Made by a program: the position numbers and the translations under genes. The notes beneath the pieces were generated by a model. It did no database searches. It saw nothing but the letters and a program-made list of their open reading frames with translations, and was not told the DNA's origin. Positions 18,731-27,289 of a stretch of 64,000 nt of DNA are shown here, in pieces. Numbering within the stretch: the stretch's first letter is position 1; every line of letters starts with the position of its first letter. Source of the stretch: Candidatus Altimarinota bacterium (lineage in GTDB: Bacteria; Patescibacteriota; Gracilibacteria; UBA1369); NCBI GenBank assembly GCA_963677745.1, contig OY782391.1, positions 672,001-736,000 on the forward strand, given 5' to 3'.

Positions 18731-20140
18731 ATGTCCCCAAAAAAAGTCCTTTTCGGCATTTTGGGAGGCTGTCTGGCCGGACTTTTCACTTATCTTTTTC
18801 TGACCCGGCCGGAAAACAGTCTTTTTCTTCTGGAACTGGCGGCTTTCGGATATTTAACTTACAAAAAACCTTTCTGGGGGCTGATAATCCTGCTGCTGTT
18901 GCCGTTATCCGGAGAATTTTCCCGCATGACCTTTGTGGGACGGAGTCTGGTGATCAACGACCTGCTGGTGCCAATTTTTGATCTGGCGGCGCTTCTGAAC
19001 CTGTCCAAAAAGAAACTGGAACTGCCTCCCCTGCCTGCTCTTAAACCGCTGCTGTTCTTTCTATGCATCGGTTTAGCTTCCCTGCTTTTTAGTCTGCTAG
19101 CCCTGCCGCCGGCGGAAGTGCTGGCCGGTAGTTTGTATCTGTTCCGTCTAGCTTTTTACATTGCCCTTTTCCCCGTCACCTGCCTGCTGCTACCCCAAAC
19201 CGGATTAAACGGGTTTATCAAATGGATTGCTCTGTCGGCGCTGCTGATTACGCTTGGGGGATTTCTGCAATTAATTTGGTTACCCAGCCTGGAGGCTTTG
19301 TCCAAAAGCGCCGGATATGACCCGCATATTAACCGTCTGGTCGGAACCTGGCTGGATCCCAACTTTATTGGGGGATTCTTCGCAGTTATTTCCCTTCTTC
19401 TAATCAGCATGGGACTTTATCAGAAATCCACGAAGATCAAAGTTTATTATTTTGGTGTGACCGCGATACTCCTGGCAGCCCTGTTTCTGACTTACTCACG
19501 TTCGGCCTATCTGGCCTTCTTTGGGGGACTTCTGGTACTCGGCATTGCCAAAGCCAGAAAGCTTCTGATTTTGATTCTGATCATTTCCGCCATCGGCCTG
19601 GCCAGCTCGGAACGGGCTCAACAACGGGTAGGAGAACTGGTCACCAGTGTCACCTCGGTACTATTTAATACTTCCGAAAATCCCGACCCCACGGCCCGTC
19701 TACGTATTCAAAACTGGGAACAGACTCTGGAGTTGATCGGTCAAAAACCGCTGCTGGGACACGGTTACAACACCCTTACCTCGGTCAAACTATCCGAAGG
19801 TTTTATCTCCAGTGAGGAAACTCATTCCGCCAGCGGCTCAGACTCCAGCTTTCTGACCATCCTGGCCACCACCGGGTTACTCGGACTGATCACTTTTATC
19901 TGGTTTTTCATGGTTGTACTTCGCGACTCCCTTCACAGTTGGCGACATGCAAAAGAACCGGCTGTCCGCGGTCTGGGGCTGGGAATTTTTACGGGAGTAA
20001 TTGCCCTGCTCATTCACTGCAACTTTGTAAACAGCCTGTTTTTCCCGCAGATTATGATCTTCTTTTATCCCCTGCTGGGAGCGTTTTATAAAAATTTTAG
20101 TAGGCCAGCTCGGTCACCACGACCAATTTCCCATCCCTGA
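18731..20140 (+). CDS. O-antigen ligase/O-oligosaccharyltransferase (Wzy_C) family membrane protein
   Basis: Many TM helices; RL.GT..DPN..G, LTYSRSA, PLLGHG, TGLLG, H..F.N motifs. Confidence 0.85.
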   Translation: MSPKKVLFGILGGCLAGLFTYLFLTRPENSLFLLELAAFGYLTYKKPFWGLIILLLLPLSGEFSRMTFVGRSLVINDLLVPIFDLAALLNLSKKKLELPPLPALKPLLFFLCIGLASLLFSLLALPPAEVLAGSLYLFRLAFYIALFPVTCLLLPQTGLNGFIKWIALSALLITLGGFLQLIWLPSLEALSKSAGYDPHINRLVGTWLDPNFIGGFFAVISLLLISMGLYQKSTKIKVYYFGVTAILLAALFLTYSRSAYLAFFGGLLVLGIAKARKLLILILIISAIGLASSERAQQRVGELVTSVTSVLFNTSENPDPTARLRIQNWEQTLELIGQKPLLGHGYNTLTSVKLSEGFISSEETHSASGSDSSFLTILATTGLLGLITFIWFFMVVLRDSLHSWRHAKEPAVRGLGLGIFTGVIALLIHCNFVNSLFFPQIMIFFYPLLGAFYKNFSRPARSPRPISHP

Positions 20141-21350
20141 AGGCCAGAATCAAAACTTCCTTTACACGGCCGTATTCAAAAAGAGTCGCCTTAAAACTTT
20201 CATCCTCCAGCTTTTTAACTTCTATGCTGTAATCACTGCTGAGAGCGCCGTTTCTTGCTGAAAACCCTTCCAGGATGGCCTGCACCACCTGTGCCCTGTC
20301 ATTACCGCTATAAATAATTCTGTCGCCGGTCAAATAATGAGACATCACCATGTCCAGGGATCTGCTGTATTGAGAATTGGTTTTATCGACGGACTGGTTC
20401 ATTTCCTCAACCGGATTAATATACTGTACGGTCTGCATTCTAACCTCCGGCAGGGTTGTTAAAGTCAGTGGGACGGCCAAAGTTGCGGGAAGCTCTCCAG
20501 TAACAGGCTCAACTGCATCTGTGGTGAGAGGCAGGGATTTGGTGGAAATTGCAGAAGTTGTCTGGCTGGCTGTTTCCACATCAGCCGTCTGACCGTCTTC
20601 GATCTTTTGTTCGGACAAGGGGGCCGGTAAAGCTGTTCCGCTTTGCTCAACGCGCTCGTTTTGTTCCTGTCTGAGAGCTTCCTCCTGGGCAATTATTAAA
20701 TTTTGAGCTTTTTGAGCAGAATCAGCCGTGTCCGTAATGATGCCTTTCTGTACTATTGCGTTATCCTGCAAATCAGCCTGTCCGGAAGCGCCCTGCTTTG
20801 TAGTTAAGAGAGTGCTGATCTCCAGGCTGGGCATTTCCATCGCCAGAAACAGATAAGGCAGTTTATTTTCCCGAGCATTCGAAATATCTGCAGCGGGTAC
20901 TGTGTCTTCGGTGGAAACTGTTGGAGGTTTGTTTAAAAATTCGGCAGGGGGCATCACCAGATCGGCCGAAAAAGTTATAATGCCCGGCTCGGACGATGTT
21001 GTGTCTGCAGCAGTGTCAGGGGCAGGAGCTTTTGTCAGGGTGTTTTGTACCAACCCGTCGGACTCGGGCGTCAGCTGGTTGGCAGGCATTTTGACCTGAT
21101 AATTGAGTGCATTTATCGCGACTATGGTTAATACAGCCAGAACCGGGACACCTCCCAATACATACTTGTATTTCAATACCAGATCCGCCCAGTCAAATTT
21201 TGGTAAAACCGTTAAATTGGCAGCCTTATCAATAATACTCAGGCGCAATTTGGAGCTGAAGGAAGGGTCGATTTGGATACTTTCCTCCCCTCTGGCCTTT
21301 TTCAAGGCAGCGATAGTGTTTTCAAAATATTTTCCGTCCAGCTTTTCCAT
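20097..21350 (-). CDS. Putative anti-sigma factor (single TM, long low-complexity extracytoplasmic region)
   Basis: Directly downstream of the ECF sigma; P.F...LR motif before the TM helix. Confidence 0.6.
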   Translation of the reverse strand: MEKLDGKYFENTIAALKKARGEESIQIDPSFSSKLRLSIIDKAANLTVLPKFDWADLVLKYKYVLGGVPVLAVLTIVAINALNYQVKMPANQLTPESDGLVQNTLTKAPAPDTAADTTSSEPGIITFSADLVMPPAEFLNKPPTVSTEDTVPAADISNARENKLPYLFLAMEMPSLEISTLLTTKQGASGQADLQDNAIVQKGIITDTADSAQKAQNLIIAQEEALRQEQNERVEQSGTALPAPLSEQKIEDGQTADVETASQTTSAISTKSLPLTTDAVEPVTGELPATLAVPLTLTTLPEVRMQTVQYINPVEEMNQSVDKTNSQYSRSLDMVMSHYLTGDRIIYSGNDRAQVVQAILEGFSARNGALSSDYSIEVKKLEDESFKATLFEYGRVKEVLILAFRDGKLVVVTELAY

Positions 21351-21354
21351 TGTT

Positions 21355-21900
21355 TTAGGATTTCATTAGTTGTTTTAACCGTTTCAGGGCGCGGTAGAGT
21401 TTTACCCCAACGTTATTGGCCGATATTCCCATAATCTGGCCAATTTCTATATTCGACACTTCTTCAAAATACTTAAGCCGGATCAGTTCTCTTTCTTCAT
21501 ACTCCAGCTTTTGCAGCAAATCCATTACGCCCTGTTTTTCCTGTCTGACCGCTTCTTCCTCCATCACGTCCTGATCATCCGAAAGCTCTGTCATATCTTC
21601 CAGATTGACTTTCTGGGAGCGGAAATGAACCCGATACCATTTCAGCACATTATTATGGGCTATCTTATATAGCCAGGCTGAAAACGGATACCCTTTGTAC
21701 TCGTAACTCTTGAGATGTGAAAGCGCGTCGTAAAAAGTCTGACTAACCAGATCCTCCGCGGTCACCTGATCGCTGACGCGTCTGTAGACATAGCGGTAGA
21801 TCTGCTCCACATACTTGTCATACAGCTCCGCGAAGCGGGCTGGATCACGTTTTGCTGCCTCCACCAGCTGATTCTCTTTTTCCAAACCCCTATTCATCAT
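21355..21900 (-). CDS. ECF-family RNA polymerase sigma factor
   Basis: F..LY..Y...IYRY...AEDL...F...FSAWLY.IAHN; region 4 EI..IMG.S...V...LYRA. Confidence 0.95.
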   Translation of the reverse strand: MMNRGLEKENQLVEAAKRDPARFAELYDKYVEQIYRYVYRRVSDQVTAEDLVSQTFYDALSHLKSYEYKGYPFSAWLYKIAHNNVLKWYRVHFRSQKVNLEDMTELSDDQDVMEEEAVRQEKQGVMDLLQKLEYEERELIRLKYFEEVSNIEIGQIMGISANNVGVKLYRALKRLKQLMKS

Positions 21901-22076
21901 AATAAAGTTTAGAGCGCAGTTTAACCAGAAAGTGACAGCTGTGTCAAGAGCAGGATTTGCTTATTTGAAGTGTCAATTTACCCTAAGGATAATGATAAAC
22001 AACTGTCTCATCATCTCTAGCAACTTTTACAATCCCTTCCCTTGTGATACATTACAGAAAAATCACCAATAAAATT

Positions 22077-22601
22077 ATGTTTGATTCAATCTTGGACAAT
22101 CCGGAAGCCCTGGGACAGGTGTTGGGAGCTGTTATCGGCGTTGCCGGACTGGTCGTGGGCACTTTCATCACTATTCTCACCTCTTTTCTGATCAGACACA
22201 TGGATATTCGCCGTGAAGAAAGGAAAGAATACGCCGATCTGGAAAGAGCCAAAAAAGAAAAAACTTTTGTTCTTAAGCAGGAAATTTATTCCGAATTTAT
22301 CTCAGAGTTGGCTGCGCTGGAAAACTTCCTCAGCAAAAAAAGTCCCGCTTTGGATCTGAAAACTCTGGAAACCTTCGACAATGAGTGGACCAGAATCGAA
22401 ATTAAAGTTGATTTGGTGGCCAACGATCAGGTTCGTGAACTGAAAGACAGGCTTTCCCAGGAATTAATGAGTCTGGCCAAAGCCAAGTTCGCTCAAAAAG
22501 ACACCACCCAAGAAGTTTCCCTGAGTGACGGCTACACAACCAACCGTTCTGCTCTTTTGGAAGCAATCAGAGAAGACATGGAAATCATTACTCAAAACTG
22601 A
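22077..22601 (+). CDS. Hypothetical protein with N-terminal TM helix
   Basis: ORF; ATG 22077 preferred because TGaTACATT (-10) overlaps the longer start. Confidence 0.7.
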   Translation: MFDSILDNPEALGQVLGAVIGVAGLVVGTFITILTSFLIRHMDIRREERKEYADLERAKKEKTFVLKQEIYSEFISELAALENFLSKKSPALDLKTLETFDNEWTRIEIKVDLVANDQVRELKDRLSQELMSLAKAKFAQKDTTQEVSLSDGYTTNRSALLEAIREDMEIITQN

Positions 22602-23545
22602 TGACGAAAAATTTTCTCACCACCACAGCCGTTTTGATAGCCACCATCCTGATTGGGGGTAATTATTGTTGGGCGCAGGTTCAGGAACCGACCCTTTTGC
22701 TCACTGATACAGCCCCGATTGTCGATACTACCCTTGTGAAAAGCTTAACCACTACGGCTCCGCTCACAATCATAGACAGAACCAGCCTGATCTCCCCGCT
22801 GGGGACCGCCACGACCGTTACCCCTACGGACACAGCAACCGGCTCAACCACCGGCACCGGAACCTCCACTCTGGGCACGCCTCCCTCCACAAACACTTCA
22901 ACCACCGATACCACAACGGGCGGAACAACTGCGGCTACCGGGACTTTCGTCCCGTCTGTCACCGACACCCGTACCCCGGCCACCACGACACCCGGATCAA
23001 CCGCGCCAGCCACCGGCACGTTCACGCCACGTATCCCGCCTGATGTAACCGTCGTTACCGATGTCCCGGCCGACACCACCACGGAAGAATGCCCGCCAAT
23101 CAATCCCCTTTCCGGTCAAAACGTGGAATGCCCCAAAACTGAGAAGGTCCCGGTAATCCCCCGCGTTCCCTATATTCTGCTCGCCACCCCTCTACTGGGA
23201 GTTTTGCTGTTCTGGCTGGTCATTTCTCTATTGTCCAGGCAACAGGTAAAGCTGGAACAGACTTACAGCAAAAAGCATCTTTCCTCACATCACCGGCAGA
23301 ATGTAAAAACCGCCCAAACCGGACTGTACCGGGAAATTGTGGAATTCATCTCATCCAACCTTTCCTCCGGCACCAAACTTGACCCGGCCAGTCTGCAAAA
23401 ATTCTCGGCAAAAATAGAACTACTAGGCTCGGCAGAAATGAAAACCCGCCATCAGGAACTTCTAACCGCCTGCCAAAAGGGCAATCGCGACCTGATCAAA
23501 CAGTCACTCAAAAGTTACACCGCGCAAATCAAGAAAGAGCTTTAA
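22601..23545 (+). CDS. Thr/Pro-rich (mucin-like) single-pass membrane protein
   Basis: Signal peptide, ~140 aa T/G/P-rich stalk, Cys pair, TM helix, cytoplasmic helical domain; TGATG-coupled to the upstream gene. Confidence 0.75.
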   Translation: MTKNFLTTTAVLIATILIGGNYCWAQVQEPTLLLTDTAPIVDTTLVKSLTTTAPLTIIDRTSLISPLGTATTVTPTDTATGSTTGTGTSTLGTPPSTNTSTTDTTTGGTTAATGTFVPSVTDTRTPATTTPGSTAPATGTFTPRIPPDVTVVTDVPADTTTEECPPINPLSGQNVECPKTEKVPVIPRVPYILLATPLLGVLLFWLVISLLSRQQVKLEQTYSKKHLSSHHRQNVKTAQTGLYREIVEFISSNLSSGTKLDPASLQKFSAKIELLGSAEMKTRHQELLTACQKGNRDLIKQSLKSYTAQIKKEL

Positions 23546-23885
23546 TTCCGGTAATTTTTTCACGTGTCTTTCGCTGACGTCGCTTCTTTTGCTTTTTCAG
23601 TTTCTCTTTTTTAGCACCTCTGCCGGATTTCTTGCCAAGCATTTGTTCTTCGATTTTAGCAACCAGTAAGCGGTAAGCGGACAGCCGGTTACCCCACAGT
23701 TCCCTGAATTTCTGTACCCGCACTTCCTGGCCCGTCGGCAGATGCTTCAGTTGGACGCAATTAACGCTCTTATTAATTTTCTGCCCGCCCTTACCTCCTC
23801 CCTTGGTCAGTTTCTCCTCAAAATCGACCCATCTCAAACCCAGGGCAAGCATCTTGGCTTCCAGTTTTTCATCTTTGAAGTCCAT
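23529..23885 (-). CDS. Small codon-independent GGQ release-factor homolog (ArfB/mtRF-R C12orf65-like)
   Basis: GGKGGQKINK...VQLKHLPTG..V..Q..R....NR..A plus very basic C-terminal tail; start set at MDFKDE because the upstream part of the ORF is an RNA gene. Confidence 0.9.
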   Translation of the reverse strand: MDFKDEKLEAKMLALGLRWVDFEEKLTKGGGKGGQKINKSVNCVQLKHLPTGQEVRVQKFRELWGNRLSAYRLLVAKIEEQMLGKKSGRGAKKEKLKKQKKRRQRKTREKITGIKALS

Positions 23886-23900
23886 CCGGCGTAAAAATAA

Positions 23901-23975
23901 TGGTGGACCCCAGAAGTTATTCACTCCTGAACGCGACGCTTGCGCAAAGCGTCTAGCGCAGAACGCTAAAGGCCC
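23901..23975 (-). ncRNA. Non-canonical tRNA-Ala-like RNA (75 nt)
   Basis: GGGCCUU-UA-GCGU(UCU)GCGC-UA-GACGC(UUUGCGCAA)GCGUC-GCGUUC-AGGAG(UGAAUAA)CUUCU-GGGGUCC-A-CCA; four stems, G3:U70, A73, encoded CCA. Confidence 0.75.
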
Positions 23976-23985
23976 ATGTGAGAAC

Positions 23986-24013
23986 ATCCTAACAAAAATC
24001 CCTGAATTTTCAA
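23986..24013 (-). promoter_or_regulatory. Sigma70 promoter for the tRNA-like RNA/GGQ gene
   Basis: TTGAAA-N16-TAGGAT with extended TG, ending 10 nt before the RNA 5' end. Confidence 0.6.
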
Positions 24014-24603
24014 CCTTCACCGCTTTTCGGGCTTGATCTTTTTTTCAAAAAATTAATCACCGCCAGTTTATATCTGTGGGCCAGAAGCAATAAACAAAGC
24101 GTCAAATCCCGCTCCTTATGTTCCGACTCACAATAAACTTCCACAAGCCTGTTCGACGAATTTTGATAAACCGCCTCTATTTCCTGTTCCGTACAGGCCA
24201 TTCTGAACTCTTTTATAGTCAGCCTCAGGACCCGTCTGACAGGTTTGATTTTTGCCCGATCATAGAGACTTTCTACCTCCAATTGCTCTTCCGGCGTTAA
24301 GGCGGGAAGCTTAGGTTTAACTGGTAAAGGACCGTTCAGCTGATCGCCGCGCTGTCGAACCGCCCGTGCCAGACTCATATCCAGTACATGAAAATCCTCC
24401 TTTCTGTAATCAGACACCAGATAAACGCCCTCCAAATGCCGTCTGGCGTGTTGCCAGATTTCATATATTTCAGGCCGTGTTTTGGCTACCGCCAGCTCTG
24501 CCACCGTGCCGTAAAAGTAGGTCAAAGCGTCCCGCTTCCTCACTTCGTCGTAAAGCGGCTTTAACTCATTTTCATATATTTTTAATCCGTTTATTTCTTT
24601 CAT
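24010..24603 (-). CDS. Hypothetical protein with an internal two-fold helical repeat
   Basis: 197-aa ORF with AT-rich upstream region; two ~70-aa similar halves. Confidence 0.65.
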   Translation of the reverse strand: MKEINGLKIYENELKPLYDEVRKRDALTYFYGTVAELAVAKTRPEIYEIWQHARRHLEGVYLVSDYRKEDFHVLDMSLARAVRQRGDQLNGPLPVKPKLPALTPEEQLEVESLYDRAKIKPVRRVLRLTIKEFRMACTEQEIEAVYQNSSNRLVEVYCESEHKERDLTLCLLLLAHRYKLAVINFLKKRSSPKSGEG

Positions 24604-24761
24604 AATGATTATTAGTGGCAGATTTTAACATCTTTTTTAAAATATTCAAGTGGCCGGCGAAATATATTCCGCATTTATTCTACAATTTATCCGACAGCGG
24701 AATTAATTAAAAATTTTCTTAAAAACGTGCTAATAATATTTACGAAAAAAATAGTCACAAC

Positions 24762-26093
24762 ATGGGTAAAAAATATTTTGGCAAAGAAACGTCCAAAGCT
24801 ATTGAAAACTTCGGACTAAGCGGCGTCCCCGTAGATCTGAGTCTGATCCGCTCTCTGGTTCTAGTTAAAATTGCCTTGGCAGACGCCAATCTGGAGCTGG
24901 GCAGACTGGATAAAAAAAGACATTCGGCCATTGTTTCCGCAGCCGGAGAGGTGCTGGCGGGCAAGTTTGACGACCAGTTCCCCACCGATGCCATTCAGGG
25001 CGGCGCGGGCACGTCCATCAACATGAATGTCAACGAGGTGTTGGCCGCCCGCGCCGCCGAGCTGCTCAAAAACCGCCTGCCGGTTCACCCCCTCGATCAC
25101 GTGAATATGGGCCATTCCACCAATGACGCCGTCCCCGCCGCCTTTCGGATCACGCTGGCCCCTTTACTGGACAAACTGCTTCTGGAACTGGCGGCCCTGG
25201 AAAAGTCTTTTCGTAAAAAAAGCCGCGAGTTCACCGCTGTTTTAAAAGTCGGCCGTACCCACCTGCAGGACGCCGTCCCCATAACGCTGGGGCAGGAGTT
25301 TGGCGCATACGCCGCCCTGGTCAGCCGTGACCGCCAACGTCTCCGTGAATTCAAAAAATATCTTTACCAGACCAACCTGGGAGGCACCGCCATCGGAACC
25401 GGGCTCAACTCATCCCGACAGTTCATCAAGCTGGCTAACCGTAATCTTTCCCGGCTCAGCCGGCTGCCGCTCCGCCCCGCCCCCAACCTGATCGACAACA
25501 CTCAAAATCTGGACACCTTCCTCCACCTGGCCGCCCTGCTACAGGTCTCGGCAGCCGGCCTCCACAAAGTGGTAAACGACCTGCGCCTGATGGCCTCCGG
25601 CCCCCGCGTCGGTCTGTCCGAAATCATCCTTCCCGAAAGACAAATCGGATCCTCCATCATGCCGGGCAAAATCAACCCGGTGATTCTGGAAAGTTTTAAC
25701 CAAATCTTTTTTGTCATATCGGGCAACGCCGAGGTCGCCTCCTTGGTCATCCAAAACGGCCAGTTTGAGCTGAATGTCATGCTACCAGTCCTGATCAAAT
25801 CCCTCCTGGAGTCATTCACTCTATTGACTGCCGGCGTAAAAAATCTCAGGACAAAAGCTGTAGACGGAATCAAGGCCGACCGAAAAAACTGTCAAAAACA
25901 TTTACGCGAACATCTGGGCAAAGCCACCGCTCTAATCAGCCGGTTAGGCTATGACCAGGCTGCCATACTTGTCAAACGGGCGTCCAAAAACGGATGTTCC
26001 CTGGAAGAGGAAATCACCAAATCAAAACTGCTCTCCCCCCGGGAGTTGTCCGAAATCTTTTCTCCGCAAAACCTGACCCGGCCCCGTAAATAA
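24762..26093 (+). CDS. aspA: Aspartate ammonia-lyase (fumarase/aspartase family)
   Basis: QGGAGTS.NMN.NEV, STND..P, KVGRTHLQDAVP, GSSIMPGKINP. Confidence 0.85.
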   Translation: MGKKYFGKETSKAIENFGLSGVPVDLSLIRSLVLVKIALADANLELGRLDKKRHSAIVSAAGEVLAGKFDDQFPTDAIQGGAGTSINMNVNEVLAARAAELLKNRLPVHPLDHVNMGHSTNDAVPAAFRITLAPLLDKLLLELAALEKSFRKKSREFTAVLKVGRTHLQDAVPITLGQEFGAYAALVSRDRQRLREFKKYLYQTNLGGTAIGTGLNSSRQFIKLANRNLSRLSRLPLRPAPNLIDNTQNLDTFLHLAALLQVSAAGLHKVVNDLRLMASGPRVGLSEIILPERQIGSSIMPGKINPVILESFNQIFFVISGNAEVASLVIQNGQFELNVMLPVLIKSLLESFTLLTAGVKNLRTKAVDGIKADRKNCQKHLREHLGKATALISRLGYDQAAILVKRASKNGCSLEEEITKSKLLSPRELSEIFSPQNLTRPRK

Positions 26094-26141
26094 ATCCAGG
26101 ATCCGGGCACAGGAAACAAAGCCCGGATTATCCGCCTGGAT
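26094..26141. terminator. Stem-loop between convergent genes
   Basis: ATCCAGG-ATCCGGGC...GCCCGGAT...CCTGGAT inverted repeat; no clear U tract. Confidence 0.45.
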
Positions 26142-26145
26142 TGTC

Positions 26146-27126
26146 CTAGATTGTCGGCACCTGATAAGCCAGTTTAACGGTCAGCTTACCTTTCATTGTG
26201 GGATGCAGCGAACAATGATAATCGAAACTGCCCAGGTCATTAAAGGTAAAAGTCCAGCTTTCACCCGGTTTTAACACCGGACTGGAAAATTTCCCGCTGA
26301 CATCACTGACAATCTGATGATCAACGGTATCATTATTGACCCATTTTACTTTTGCGCCCTGGGGCACAAGCATTTCAGCGACACTGAATTTTGATCCGCT
26401 GATGGTAATACTCAAGGTATTGTCCCAGGTAGTATTGGGCAGCTGTTCGTCAAATTTGGGGGGAGCGACTTCCGTCTTCACCTGACCAAAATAATCCAGC
26501 TTGTTTTCACGAACCTGAATCAGTCTGTAAACCATTTCGGCCAGCTTTCCCCTGGTCATACCCTGCGCCGGATAAATTTTGTTGGCGGAATCGGCTTCAA
26601 TCAGCTTCTTGTCCTTGGCGTACTGCACAAATTTCACATACCACTGATCGGCCCCCGCATCGACAAATGGAACGCCCGTCACAACCACCGCCGAAAGATC
26701 TATCTGATAAGTATTCAGTAACATCTTTAGATTTTCCACCAAATTTACCGTCTGGGTCGGTTTAAACGAATTATCGGGATAGCCCTGAACAATAGCCATT
26801 TCATAAGCCTTGTTTAAATATGGAGCGTACCATTCCGTCTGTGAAATGTCGGTAAAAGGAGCTTTTTTCAAAATTGTTTTGGTATCCACAGCTGCTGCGC
26901 CCAGAATTATTTTTAAGGCCTCTACTCTGTTCACGGCTCTTTCCGGCTGAAAAGTTCCGTCCGGATACCCCCCGATAATTCCACGGGTTTTCAGATCGTT
27001 GATCGCTGTATAATTGGGATTATCAGAATGAACATCACTGAACAAATCCGGTACCAACGCCTGTGCCATCGGAGAAAGCATAAAAGACAGTAAAAACAGT
27101 GCCAGAGAAAATTTGAATTTAAACAT
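26146..27126 (-). CDS. SLH-domain protein with C-terminal cupredoxin (plastocyanin/amicyanin-like)
   Basis: Three SLH repeats (GYPDGTF.P...V.R.E); V.W.N.D...H...YHCSLHPTMKG type-1 copper ligands. Confidence 0.9.
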   Translation of the reverse strand: MFKFKFSLALFLLSFMLSPMAQALVPDLFSDVHSDNPNYTAINDLKTRGIIGGYPDGTFQPERAVNRVEALKIILGAAAVDTKTILKKAPFTDISQTEWYAPYLNKAYEMAIVQGYPDNSFKPTQTVNLVENLKMLLNTYQIDLSAVVVTGVPFVDAGADQWYVKFVQYAKDKKLIEADSANKIYPAQGMTRGKLAEMVYRLIQVRENKLDYFGQVKTEVAPPKFDEQLPNTTWDNTLSITISGSKFSVAEMLVPQGAKVKWVNNDTVDHQIVSDVSGKFSSPVLKPGESWTFTFNDLGSFDYHCSLHPTMKGKLTVKLAYQVPTI

Positions 27127-27237
27127 GGTGGAAAAATTATTTTTATTTTCAAAAGCAATTCTAATATAAATCTGCCCAAACCTCCAGAAACAATTTGCCC
27201 CCTAAAACACTTCACATACAAATCACACAGACAGTAG

Positions 27238-27266
27238 TTGACAAGGCGGCGTTAAGGTTGTAAACT
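27238..27266 (+). promoter_or_regulatory. Sigma70 promoter
   Basis: TTGACA-N17-TAAACT. Confidence 0.7.
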
Positions 27267-27289
27267 AGCCTCTTCTTATTAATAGTTTT

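Noticed and set aside
23886-24020. 45-aa N-terminal extension of the GGQ protein
   Set aside because: Overlaps the tRNA-like RNA and its promoter; the homologous domain begins near MDFKDE
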